DNA of 52,671 nucleotides from a virus. The stretch is from IMG/VR virus record IMGVR_UViG_3300050821_015011. One strand, given 5' to 3'. Position numbers and translations under genes: made by a program. The notes below the pieces were generated by a model that ran no database searches, was not told the DNA's origin, and saw only the letters and a program-made list of their open reading frames with translations. Below, piece by piece: positions 34,099 to 42,645 of the stretch; within the stretch, counting starts at the first letter, position 1, and each line of letters begins with the position of its first letter.

Positions 34099-34108
34099 GC
34101 TGGACAAT
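34099..34108 (+). promoter_or_regulatory. motif-2 (GCTGGACAAT) -35-like element
   Basis: Conserved 10-mer 29 nt before the ATG at 34137. Confidence 0.4.
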
Positions 34109-34136
34109 TGGCACATCGCCGATAGCATCAGAGATC

Positions 34137-34334
34137 ATGGATTCCACTCCCGAGCACAAGCACGATTTCGGAGCCTCTGGCGAATGTCGCTGTGGAATGC
34201 ACCGCGGCGGCGCACCAGCCATCGGAAACATCCCCGAGGATGCTGAGAGGGGAGCGGGTAGACGTGTCTGCGATGAGCTGACGCAGCTGGCACAGGAGAT
34301 GGGTTTGTATGACGAGCCAGCTCCAGCGAAGTAA
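34137..34334 (+). CDS. small Cys-containing protein (65 aa)
   Basis: ATG about 30 nt after motif-2. GECRCGMH. Confidence 0.4.
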   Translation: MDSTPEHKHDFGASGECRCGMHRGGAPAIGNIPEDAERGAGRRVCDELTQLAQEMGLYDEPAPAK

Positions 34335-34365
34335 TCAGGCCTGCGGTTCGTCGTATAATGAAGGC

Positions 34366-34686
34366 ATGAAATTCGACCGCAGCAAGGAGTGGTGGATGAA
34401 ACGCATCGACCTCGAAGGTGACTTGCCCGTCGGGGCGGGGATCCTCCGTGACAACGACCTTAAACGCCGCATCACGGTCAACGGTCAGAAGGTGTGGCTC
34501 GACGAGGATGCCTACGCGAGGGGCCAGTTCCGGGTCGCCCGCGACACGATGGGCGAGCAGTGCTCGGACTGCGGCAAGGACATCGAGCAGACAGGCAAGC
34601 TGGAGAAGGCCGAAGACCTCGTCAGGTGTTCCAAGGACAACGATGGTTGCGGGACCTTCTACCGCATCAAACAGCTCAAGGATTAG
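34366..34686 (+). CDS. hypothetical protein with C-terminal Cys cluster (about 106 aa)
   Basis: tcgtataat at 34351-34359, 6 nt before the ATG. Confidence 0.45.
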   Translation: MKFDRSKEWWMKRIDLEGDLPVGAGILRDNDLKRRITVNGQKVWLDEDAYARGQFRVARDTMGEQCSDCGKDIEQTGKLEKAEDLVRCSKDNDGCGTFYRIKQLKD

Positions 34687-34690
34687 CCAG

Positions 34691-34903
34691 ATGAAGACCA
34701 ATACTTCAGCCCCTGTGGTGACCGATGAAGCGCGGCTGCTCTATGAACAGAGCTGCAAGTCATTTATCGCATCGGGCGGAGACCGAATCTGCTTCGGTCG
34801 CCTTGAAGGGATGCAAGATGCCGCAAAAAGTCTTGGCCTTGGAGACTGCTTCAAGGATATCCGTGATCGATATATGGCGGAGTTCGAGAAGCTGACGGGC
34901 TAG
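34691..34903 (+). CDS. hypothetical protein (70 aa)
   Basis: ATG 5 nt after the upstream TAG. Confidence 0.35.
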   Translation: MKTNTSAPVVTDEARLLYEQSCKSFIASGGDRICFGRLEGMQDAAKSLGLGDCFKDIRDRYMAEFEKLTG

Positions 34904-34910
34904 CCTCAAA

Positions 34911-35333
34911 ATGGCTTCGTCTCCGCTATGCACCTGCGACCACGCGAAGCGGACCCATCGACGCGGCCGGTTCTACTGTCGCGCCAAAGACTGCAAGTGC
35001 TCCCGGTTCGTCAAGATGCCGGATCCAGCTACGCTGCGCTGTCCCAGGTGCCGCAAGCTCCACGTCGACCAGGTTGACTCCGCCACCGGCATAGACTGGG
35101 CGCGGCGTCCCCATAGCACGCATGGCTGCGTTGATGATGCAGCTGGCAAGGGTTGCGGCAAAGAGTGGGAGGTAGAGCTGCCTCGCGTGCGTGGTGTCCT
35201 GCCGGCACCCGATGCTCCCTACGAGTTCGGAGTGTACTACGACGAGCTTGATGCCCCCGATGGGTCGAAGATCTTCATCGAAGAATTGAATGCCGACTAC
35301 GAGCGGCATGGTAACCGCTGGAGAATGTGCTAG
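34911..35333 (+). CDS. Cys-rich zinc-ribbon protein (140 aa)
   Basis: CTCDH..CRAKDCKC..CPRC..GCGKEW. Confidence 0.45.
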   Translation: MASSPLCTCDHAKRTHRRGRFYCRAKDCKCSRFVKMPDPATLRCPRCRKLHVDQVDSATGIDWARRPHSTHGCVDDAAGKGCGKEWEVELPRVRGVLPAPDAPYEFGVYYDELDAPDGSKIFIEELNADYERHGNRWRMC

Positions 35334-35373
35334 CCCCTGGTAATTGTCGCTGGCCAGGTTCGTATAACTAGCC

Positions 35374-35742
35374 ATGGAATTCACGATGTTCAGCTACAAG
35401 GTGGTCATCCATTTCAGCCTCACGAGGGCGGAGCTGGAGACGATCACGATCATGTCCAAGCACCATTACGACTACAAGTGCCGAGCGGCATCCGAGGTTG
35501 GTGGTTTCATCTATGGCTGGCACAACAGCTTCGATTTCATGGATGTCGACGGCAAGCCCGCTGATAAAATAGAAGTGCGGTTGGGGTCAGATAATCTGGA
35601 TTTGCTTTGCAAGATCTGCGAGAACGTCATCTCCCTCGGAGACAAGCGCAAGGATGGCGACAGGATCTACCGCGTCATCAGCAAGATGCTGCGCGATGCC
35701 ATTGCGGAATGGGTCGCGAGGAATCCGACTCTCGCACTCTAG
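35374..35742 (+). CDS. hypothetical protein (122 aa)
   Basis: tcgtataac at 35360-35368, 5 nt before the ATG. Confidence 0.5.
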   Translation: MEFTMFSYKVVIHFSLTRAELETITIMSKHHYDYKCRAASEVGGFIYGWHNSFDFMDVDGKPADKIEVRLGSDNLDLLCKICENVISLGDKRKDGDRIYRVISKMLRDAIAEWVARNPTLAL

Positions 35743-35921
35743 TCATTAAACAGTCCATCTACCAGATCAGGTGGCCACAGGTCCGGGATGCTCGCTCGAT
35801 CTGTTTCGCCATGGACAGGACATTCTCCGTCCGCTATACGGATCATCCTTGTCTCATAGATTCCGTCTGGCCCAGGCTGCGTAGCCGGGTCATAGCGCTT
35901 CACGCAAACGCATGCGCTCAT
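35739..35921 (-). CDS. hypothetical small protein (60 aa)
   Basis: ORF track, end of the leftward block. Confidence 0.25.
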   Translation of the reverse strand: MSACVCVKRYDPATQPGPDGIYETRMIRIADGECPVHGETDRASIPDLWPPDLVDGLFND

Positions 35922-36208
35922 ATCTTGGTTTTTAGGAATGTGACAGCCTCGTCGATGTCTGTGAATGGTCCCCCGAAGTGAGCATCACAGTGGTACACCT
36001 TTTCGTCGCGGGTAAGGTTGTGCTCGATCACCGCAAGATGGCGAACATACCAGGCCTGGCCATCGAAGACGATCACAACTCGCCGAGCCTCGACACTGGG
36101 CTCCTCAAACGACTCGTTCCACTTCGTTCGCCAGTCGTCGGCTTGACGTGCTGTCAAAGCGTGCAGAGAGTTGAATCCAAGCCGCAGATGTGCCCGCGGA
36201 TCGCTCAT
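35918..36208 (-). CDS. hypothetical protein (96 aa)
   Basis: ATGA overlap. Confidence 0.4.
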   Translation of the reverse strand: MSDPRAHLRLGFNSLHALTARQADDWRTKWNESFEEPSVEARRVVIVFDGQAWYVRHLAVIEHNLTRDEKVYHCDAHFGGPFTDIDEAVTFLKTKI

Positions 36209-36229
36209 TGAAATCTCCCACGCTAATTG

Positions 36230-36436
36230 TCATTCATTTTTCGATGCTTGCAGCCTATTGCACTCGTCCTGGATCAGCTGCCGTATTCTGGGCAGGGGAC
36301 AAGCGACTCCGGTGATCCACCGTTTTACCGTTGATTCTGCGACCTCGAACGTCTTGCGTAGATGGATCATGTGTCCAGCTGCAACAGCTGCTTGAACTGC
36401 CTGGCGGAAGGCTTCTTTGTCGTCCAGATTGTTCAT
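36230..36436 (-). CDS. small HTH DNA-binding protein (68 aa)
   Basis: TFEVAESTVKRWITG helix-turn-helix-like segment. Confidence 0.4.
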   Translation of the reverse strand: MNNLDDKEAFRQAVQAAVAAGHMIHLRKTFEVAESTVKRWITGVACPLPRIRQLIQDECNRLQASKNE

Positions 36437-36663
36437 AGGTAGTCTATTCGCGGCTCTTTGCAGCGTCGGCAGATATACGTGTGAGGAGCTTTATCATACC
36501 CGCCAAATTGTTCGGCCCAGCAACCGCTGCACTCGCGGTCATGCTCGAACTCGTGGAAGCACGGGTCTTTGAGCTTCCGGTTGTTGAGAGTTGGGCCGTT
36601 GAGATCACGAACTCCTTGGCGCGTGACCTTGCCACCTGTGGTTGCAGGTGGCGTCTTAGTCAT
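36433..36663 (-). CDS. Cys-rich small protein (about 76 aa)
   Basis: Internal Met start 2 nt after the upstream TAA. CSGC..CRRC. Confidence 0.4.
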   Translation of the reverse strand: MTKTPPATTGGKVTRQGVRDLNGPTLNNRKLKDPCFHEFEHDRECSGCWAEQFGGYDKAPHTYICRRCKEPRIDYL

Positions 36664-36916
36664 CGACGCGCTCCCATTTGGCTTGCCACCTGAGATCAAG
36701 ATCAAATGACTGCTGGCCCTCAACGACCTTAGCACGCACAGCGTCGATCATCGTTGCTACGCTGATCCGCCACTTTGAGCCATCGGGCATATTGACCATC
36801 AACCAGGCGGGCTTCGACGAAGTGACCTCGAAATCAAGGTTCATCGAAGTGTCGACGGTTGCTTCAGTCTTTCCGGCTTGCCGAGGCAAAACGGGATTCT
36901 TGGTGTGTTTGCTCAT
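36656..36916 (-). CDS. hypothetical protein (86 aa)
   Basis: First gene after the long inverted-repeat leader. Confidence 0.45.
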   Translation of the reverse strand: MSKHTKNPVLPRQAGKTEATVDTSMNLDFEVTSSKPAWLMVNMPDGSKWRISVATMIDAVRAKVVEGQQSFDLDLRWQAKWERVDD

Positions 36917-36932
36917 TGTTCTCTTATAGTAC

Positions 36933-37089
36933 AGGTTGGGGGTCGTAGAAGCCCCACGTGGGCAAGGCAGTCAACGCTGGGGAATTTAGCTTGCGGACTT
37001 CCGAGGCATTTAACTCTCCCCGGCACCTTGGGCTCGACGTTTTCTGCTCTTGATTCCCCCCACTGTGGGGCTTCTACGACCTCCGACCT
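36933..37089. repeat. long inverted repeat (perfect 17-bp core GGTCGTAGAAGCCCCAC / GTGGGGCTTCTACGACC, extendable to about 25 bp with G-U) enclosing about 107 nt
   Basis: Arms at 36941-36957 and 37065-37081. Each inner end carries a CCCCAC(G)TGGGG palindrome. Sits between the minus-strand motif-1 (37098-37106) and the gene at 36916. Confidence 0.7.
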
Positions 37090-37097
37090 CCTGCCAT

Positions 37098-37106
37098 GTT
37101 GTACGA
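37098..37106 (-). promoter_or_regulatory. motif-1 (TCGTACAAC) on minus strand
   Basis: rc of gttgtacga. ATG at 37097-37095 opens only a 7-codon mini-ORF (MAGGRRS) before the inverted-repeat leader. Confidence 0.5.
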
Positions 37107-37122
37107 ACGATCTGGCTGTGTA

Positions 37123-37503
37123 TTACGGCAGTTTGGCAAGCCCACCAGGAATGCCAGCCTGCGGGCTGCTGCTGCTTCCCGCGCCACCCATGCCGGCCCT
37201 GATCTTGACCCACTCATGGTTGCCAGGTGGAGCAGGATGCCGCTCGGGCGTGCCACCACAGATCGAACAGGATTTTGCTTCGGCTTCCTCGTAGTCTTTG
37301 ACCACCTCGTCGAACAAGTCGGCGAAAAGATCAAGACTGGCGCGAAACCCGAGCTTACGACGGTAAGCATCCAGTGGATCCTCGCCTCCGCCAAGATGAA
37401 CAACAGGACCATAAGGTCGAGCTAATTCTTCATTGGCCTTGGCTGCTTCCGCCCGCAGCTTCTGCGAGACATGCTGAACAAATTGCTTCAACTCTGGTGT
37501 CAT
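37123..37503 (-). CDS. hypothetical protein with C-terminal CxxC (126 aa)
   Basis: ORF track. Confidence 0.45.
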   Translation of the reverse strand: MTPELKQFVQHVSQKLRAEAAKANEELARPYGPVVHLGGGEDPLDAYRRKLGFRASLDLFADLFDEVVKDYEEAEAKSCSICGGTPERHPAPPGNHEWVKIRAGMGGAGSSSSPQAGIPGGLAKLP

Positions 37504-37506
37504 TGA

Positions 37507-37974
37507 TTAGTCCTCCTTCTTTTTCCAGCACCCGACGCTGAGCACCAGCCGCTCGTCGCGGCATTGAGTCACTTCATGTTCTTCAACATCAGGGCGAAAT
37601 ACAATAGCGTCTCCAGGCTCGATCATGATGGTGGCGCCTTCCATGATGAGCAGGCCACCGAGTGTCGCCGGCTTAACCAGGGCATTGATGCGGTAGTGCT
37701 CCATGCCGAACATCCCGGCTTCGTCACGATGCTTGGGGATGAATGCCATGTCGGGATACCGGAGAAGATAGGCATCCCAGAACCCGTAGTCGGCCGTAAC
37801 GCCCAAGATCCACATCGCAGACCTGACGATAGGCTCGACAGGTTTGCAGGTTTTCAAGTCCAGCTTCTCGTAGCCAGTGCCTTGACGACCAGGTGCCCAG
37901 TGGTTGGCTTTGGAGGCGATGGCTATGCAGACTTGCCTGAACGACAGGGAAATAAAATCGCGAATTATCTCCAT
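37507..37974 (-). CDS. 2OG-Fe(II) oxygenase superfamily protein
   Basis: HxD in IPKHRDEAG, distal His in EEHEVT, then R..S (RLVLSVG). DSBH-like hydrophobic pattern. Confidence 0.55.
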   Translation of the reverse strand: MEIIRDFISLSFRQVCIAIASKANHWAPGRQGTGYEKLDLKTCKPVEPIVRSAMWILGVTADYGFWDAYLLRYPDMAFIPKHRDEAGMFGMEHYRINALVKPATLGGLLIMEGATIMIEPGDAIVFRPDVEEHEVTQCRDERLVLSVGCWKKKED

Positions 37975-38026
37975 GCGAGCTAGTTATACGCTGGCAAGGC
38001 GATGAACTTACGTAACGCTAACTAGC

Positions 38027-38278
38027 TCAATTCTTCGCAGGATGGTCTTCATGGTTGAAGACCATTTCCATACCGACGCGTGCCACCACCACCTTGATCT
38101 CGCCGAGGGCGTTCTTGAGGACGATGATCTGCCGGGAATGGGTGCACGATTGCTTCCAGTAGATGCGAGGCTCTGCCTGCGCCTCTGCGATCAGACGATC
38201 TACGTCTTCTTGTTCATCTTGGTCCAGCTCGATAGTCCCAGACCTGAGACCGAATCTCCATACCCTTGATGGTGTCAT
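38027..38278 (-). CDS. hypothetical protein (83 aa)
   Basis: ORF track. Confidence 0.4.
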   Translation of the reverse strand: MTPSRVWRFGLRSGTIELDQDEQEDVDRLIAEAQAEPRIYWKQSCTHSRQIIVLKNALGEIKVVVARVGMEMVFNHEDHPAKN

Positions 38279-38289
38279 GGGGGCAAAGC

Positions 38290-38892
38290 CTACCCTGGGA
38301 GGCCGCTTTGGGGCCGAGGATCCGCGATGCCGAGACGCGTAAGTAGCTCACCCAGCTCTACACCGATGGCTCCTACGGACTTTGCGGCCTCCTTATATTT
38401 GTCAATCGCAGATGCAAGCGAATCGTCGATATTCGGTATGATGCCGTCGCAGCCCACCTTTTTCTCTAGATCATTGTCTGCGCCCATCATTCCGCCGGAG
38501 GGACCAGCACCGAAAAGAGCGCCGCTCGTAAATTGGATGATGTCGTAGACCGTGGCGATCATGGTATCCAGCTCATTTGCGGCGTGATGAAGCCGACGTG
38601 TCTTTTCTTGTATAGTCTCTAGAGAAGGCAGCTGCTTGGGCTTCAGGTGGCCAACATCCTCTTTTTTCATCGCTTCGCCATAATCGACATCCTTCTGAGC
38701 CGGGGAATTGAAGGTCTTCGCGGTCATCTCGCCGATCACCTTTCTGATGGCGGGCTCTTGCGACATCTTTTCCTTGAGCATCGTCTTGCCTTTCAGCATC
38801 GTCGTCCCCTTTGGTTTTATTGATTCACAGCTGCTCAGTCCCGCACGCGAAGCAAAGTCCCCCATCATCGGAAGTGAAGGCTGAGCTGCCAT
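38290..38892 (-). CDS. hypothetical protein (200 aa)
   Basis: ORF track. The start is uncertain because of overlap with the 38825-39031 frame. Confidence 0.4.
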   Translation of the reverse strand: MAAQPSLPMMGDFASRAGLSSCESIKPKGTTMLKGKTMLKEKMSQEPAIRKVIGEMTAKTFNSPAQKDVDYGEAMKKEDVGHLKPKQLPSLETIQEKTRRLHHAANELDTMIATVYDIIQFTSGALFGAGPSGGMMGADNDLEKKVGCDGIIPNIDDSLASAIDKYKEAAKSVGAIGVELGELLTRLGIADPRPQSGLPG

Positions 38893-39031
38893 CTTCTCGA
38901 CGGTGCGTGCACCATTGTCGCAGCTCTCGGAGCTTCTCGTTGATCCGCTGGGCGTCCTGCTCGAACATTTTCCGCAGGTGGTAAATCGTTTCGGCCTCTA
39001 GTCGGATCTCGTTTCCGCCGGTGTCGCCCAT
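38825..39031 (-). CDS. hypothetical protein (about 68 aa)
   Basis: Internal Met. The overlapping alternative frame leaves this call uncertain. Confidence 0.25.
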   Translation of the reverse strand: MGDTGGNEIRLEAETIYHLRKMFEQDAQRINEKLRELRQWCTHRREDGSSAFTSDDGGLCFACGTEQL

Positions 39032-39267
39032 TAGCCGGGTCCTGGTTTCTTGTTGGGTTCGATCTTCGGCTTGAGAGAGGACTGGTTGGCCACCTGCCAA
39101 AAGATCTCGGCAGCCTCAAACGACTGCACGGCTAATGATTCGAGATCAGTGTGTTTCAGCACGAGCAGGTTGTCTCGTCGGTGGGCGACCATGGAGATAA
39201 ATACATCTTTCGCCAGGGCGTCACGGGCTTGCCGTTGAAGTTCTTCTTCTCTTGTCATTTCGCACAC
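39031..39267 (-). CDS. hypothetical protein (78 aa)
   Basis: ORF track. Confidence 0.35.
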   Translation of the reverse strand: MCEMTREEELQRQARDALAKDVFISMVAHRRDNLLVLKHTDLESLAVQSFEAAEIFWQVANQSSLKPKIEPNKKPGPG

Positions 39268-39509
39268 TCCCTAGGAAGACCTTCGGTCCACATCATCCGC
39301 ATCCATTCGTTCCATGTCTCGACATCGGGGATGATTTCATGGCCGGGGGAAGACCTACACAAATCAGCGATCACTTGGCGGTCGATTACCTGCCAAAAGC
39401 TTCTTGAGTCGTAGAGGTAATCAGGTGTTTCGCCAGTGCCTTCGCAATAGCCGCATGGGCGAAGATGAGGAAGTCTTCCTCTCCCGGCGCAGGCGATACA
39501 CCTCTTCAC
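39255..39509 (-). CDS. Cys-rich zinc-ribbon protein (84 aa)
   Basis: CIACAG..CGYCEG. Confidence 0.4.
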   Translation of the reverse strand: MKRCIACAGRGRLPHLRPCGYCEGTGETPDYLYDSRSFWQVIDRQVIADLCRSSPGHEIIPDVETWNEWMRMMWTEGLPRECAK

Positions 39510-39736
39510 CTACGAGCCTCATATTGATCGCAGACGAAGCGGTTCTCCTGATGCTCGGGCACCCAATTCTGGTGCGGAATGCTGATCGAGTGGTTTCTGA
39601 TGCGGATGTATGTGTATGTTGTGTAGGTATGCCCAGGGATGGTTACCATTTCGTCGTGTCCCTTGGTGCATTTCGGTCCACAGCCAGCGGCGATCAAAAG
39701 GATCAAGGCAACGAGTGGCTTCATCTGGTTCTCCAT
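39506..39736 (-). CDS. small lipoprotein (signal peptide plus IAAGC lipobox)
   Basis: MENQMKPLVALILLIAAGCG. First gene of the leftward block. Confidence 0.45.
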   Translation of the reverse strand: MENQMKPLVALILLIAAGCGPKCTKGHDEMVTIPGHTYTTYTYIRIRNHSISIPHQNWVPEHQENRFVCDQYEARR

Positions 39737-39875
39737 CCCGTAGTCGGGGTTTCATCAAGAACAAGCCAGCGAGACGTATCCATCCGCGCAGGCGTTTGCG
39801 TTCACGATCTTCTTGGTACTTCTATGGAAGCCGATTTGCTAGTGCTCGGATCGAAACTTCGGTAATCTCATCGCC

Positions 39876-40094
39876 ATGACGATGATACCGACGTTCACGT
39901 TCAACTATGAGATCCACTACAAAGGATCCGTCAGCATCCATACCACCGATCAGGCGACGGCCACCGCCCAGTTTCAGGCGCTACAGCTGGCAAATCTGAT
40001 CACCAATGCTGGAGAGCCACAGCTGAACATCACCAGCGTTACGAGCGACGATGTTGCCACGCAGGGCGGTGGACCGACCTGGGAGCCGTACTAG
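39876..40094 (+). CDS. hypothetical protein (72 aa)
   Basis: ORF track, first gene of the rightward block. Confidence 0.4.
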   Translation: MTMIPTFTFNYEIHYKGSVSIHTTDQATATAQFQALQLANLITNAGEPQLNITSVTSDDVATQGGGPTWEPY

Positions 40095-40127
40095 GAATTC
40101 GACACCTGAGTTTGGTATGAAGCGCTC

Positions 40128-40580
40128 ATGAAGCTTCTTTACTGCCAGCGTTGTGGGGATATCGTTTCCCCGTCAAGTCGAGCTTCGCAGCCAAGAACGT
40201 GCGAATGCGGGGTCCATGCAGTTTGGTGGCGGGACCCATATCTCGGAACACTCAGTGTCTTTGACAAGACACGCCGACGAGTAACGTACCTCGATAAGGA
40301 GGGGGATCGTCGGACAACCACAACGAAAGAATGGGGATCGACCTGCTTCATCCTCGGGCTGGCGAACACCTGGCTCAATCACCCTGGGGATAGGCTCAGC
40401 CTGGAAGACTACAAGAAAATCGTAGACGAGATCCCGGACTCTTATATCTTCAAGACCGTGAGAAGTCCGGCGATTCGCATTCGCCCAGGACATAGCTCTG
40501 ATACCAAGTATGAGGATGCCTTGCCGGGACAAGAACCAAGCCCGCCCGATGATTTGGGTACCGTCGTAGATTTCTCGTAA
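40128..40580 (+). CDS. hypothetical protein with N-terminal CxxC..C.C (150 aa)
   Basis: CQRCGD..CECG. Confidence 0.45.
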   Translation: MKLLYCQRCGDIVSPSSRASQPRTCECGVHAVWWRDPYLGTLSVFDKTRRRVTYLDKEGDRRTTTTKEWGSTCFILGLANTWLNHPGDRLSLEDYKKIVDEIPDSYIFKTVRSPAIRIRPGHSSDTKYEDALPGQEPSPPDDLGTVVDFS

Positions 40581-40633
40581 TCCACCTTTTCTCGCTTCGT
40601 ACAACGTCGCAAACGGTATGTACGGAGGAGAAC

Positions 40634-41362
40634 GTGAAGAAGCCCAAGAACACTGTCACCAACACGACGAAAGAGGCGCTGACCGATCACGGCATGCGGG
40701 AGTTCATTATCTTCGAGCGTGATGGCGGAGGACGCGGAGCTGCGATCGAGCACCAGGAGAAGCGCGGGCAGCAGGAGGCGGTCAAGAGCGACACGCTGCC
40801 GACGCGCGGCCTCAATCACTCGGCTTTCGTGGCCATGGGCATCAAGATTGGTAAGCCCGTTCCCGGCGACAGTCTGTTCACCTTCGTCGAGCTGCCGAAA
40901 GGCTGGAAGAAGCAGCCCACGGATCACACCATGTACAGCGACGTGGTGGATGAAAAGGGTCGCAAGCGCGCCAGCTTCTTCTACAAGGCAGCCTACTACG
41001 ACCGCGACGCGAACATCTACCCGACGCTCCGCTACGAGGCCACATATGAGCCGGTGGGCGGCTGGAAGGCGGACGGGGATGCTCCGTGCTTCGCGGTCGT
41101 GAAGGACAGCGGCAACGAGATCTGGCGCAGCCAGAAGCCGCTCGGTAAGGAGACGACGGAACAAGCGGCGTCCCGTGTCGCGAAGTACCGCGCCGAGCTG
41201 GAGAAGCTTACTGGCGAGGAGCACATGGCTTTCAAGAGAAAGTACGATCACATGCTCGACTCGTGGCCCCGTAGCCGTAGCGATATGGCACGCAGCGCCG
41301 CCTGCGACTACCTCGATCAGCATTTCCCGAAATGGGGGGACTATCTCGCTTACTGGGATTGA
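40634..41362 (+). CDS. hypothetical protein (242 aa, GTG start)
   Basis: TCGTACAAC at 40597-40605, then ggaggag Shine-Dalgarno 5 nt before the GTG. Confidence 0.5.
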   Translation: MKKPKNTVTNTTKEALTDHGMREFIIFERDGGGRGAAIEHQEKRGQQEAVKSDTLPTRGLNHSAFVAMGIKIGKPVPGDSLFTFVELPKGWKKQPTDHTMYSDVVDEKGRKRASFFYKAAYYDRDANIYPTLRYEATYEPVGGWKADGDAPCFAVVKDSGNEIWRSQKPLGKETTEQAASRVAKYRAELEKLTGEEHMAFKRKYDHMLDSWPRSRSDMARSAACDYLDQHFPKWGDYLAYWD

Positions 41363-41401
41363 GAACCATCGTCTAGACCACTACAGGAAAAGGAGAAGCT
41401 C

Positions 41402-42631
41402 ATGAAACGATCGATGCTGTTGATGTTGGCCCTGACCCTATTCGGGTGCAATAACGTCCCATTCGCCGCTAACGAAAGCGCTCTGCTCGATAATGGATAC
41501 GTCATTGCCAGCTATCCGAATGGATTCGAGATGGATGGCATTGCAGGCGATAAGCGTCTCCTGTTCACGAACGTCGTTCCAAGCCCCGGCGTCGGCACAC
41601 ACGTCACCGTTACCGCGGCCAGCCGATTGACTGGTGTGCCCGTCGGCGAATTGCCACCGCCACCGTCTGGCTGGTTCGCGCCAACCGGCGTCGAGGTTCT
41701 GAGCTACGCCACCCACGGACTCGGCACCTCCGGCGAGCTATTGGTCACCGACAACGGCGCCCTTCCGCCAAATGCGCATATCGTAGTCTACAAGTATGGT
41801 TACGCCTATGATCCGATCAATGGATTCTCAGCGCACCTCTTGGCGACCTATCCGCTGCCAATGCAGCCACCACCGCCTATCTCGACGATCAGCGGGTTTG
41901 GATTTGTCAGCGACTTATTTACACTGTCGAGCGGCACCTCTGTTCTTACTGACGCGCTGGTGGGGGCGATCTGGTCGTGTGACGTGGCGTTTTCGTGTCA
42001 GCTCTTGATGGTAGATCCTGATTTCGGACCAGCGCCTGCTTCGCCGATCAACGGTGTTGGCCGTGCCCAGGGAGGCGGCACGCAGCCCTATACGTTGGTG
42101 CTCACCGTGGGTCTGTCACCGGGCATTGTAGGCGTGACCCATGTTGCGGCAACCGACGAGGTTTGTACCGCGCGAACCGCCTTGGCGGGCGGTGTCTTTT
42201 GCATGGACCGAGCGCAGCTCTTGGATACGAGCGTGTCACCATATTCCAAGACCAAGCGTGTTGTCGTACCGCCGCAGCTCGGTCTTTCGGACGGTGGTCA
42301 CGGCGTTGCCGCAGACAGGTGGCATCCCTCCTCGCCCTGGCTTTATTGGGTTCGGTCGTATTCTGACGCCGCTGGCGGTGGATTCAATGCCATCCATCGC
42401 GTCAATCTGCTCACCTTGGAAGTGCAGAACATTCTTCAGTCGAATACGCTCCTCGACTTCAGCACAGGCGTAACCGTGCTGCCGCCTTTGATCGACGGGC
42501 CTCCGTTTACGAATTTGGCCGTGCCGATGGGCCAAGAAGAATACAACGGCGCGCTCAATCAAGTGTTGAACGGAGTGAATCGGTACGTTTCTCCGACGCT
42601 GATTACGGGTGTGACCACTTACTCGAACTGA
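41402..42631 (+). CDS. secreted lipoprotein (409 aa), Gly/Pro/Thr-rich
   Basis: MKRSMLLMLALTLFGC signal plus lipobox. Classical aaaggaga Shine-Dalgarno. No conserved motif upstream. Confidence 0.6.
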   Translation: MKRSMLLMLALTLFGCNNVPFAANESALLDNGYVIASYPNGFEMDGIAGDKRLLFTNVVPSPGVGTHVTVTAASRLTGVPVGELPPPPSGWFAPTGVEVLSYATHGLGTSGELLVTDNGALPPNAHIVVYKYGYAYDPINGFSAHLLATYPLPMQPPPPISTISGFGFVSDLFTLSSGTSVLTDALVGAIWSCDVAFSCQLLMVDPDFGPAPASPINGVGRAQGGGTQPYTLVLTVGLSPGIVGVTHVAATDEVCTARTALAGGVFCMDRAQLLDTSVSPYSKTKRVVVPPQLGLSDGGHGVAADRWHPSSPWLYWVRSYSDAAGGGFNAIHRVNLLTLEVQNILQSNTLLDFSTGVTVLPPLIDGPPFTNLAVPMGQEEYNGALNQVLNGVNRYVSPTLITGVTTYSN

Positions 42632-42645
42632 TCGGGTCTGGTATC

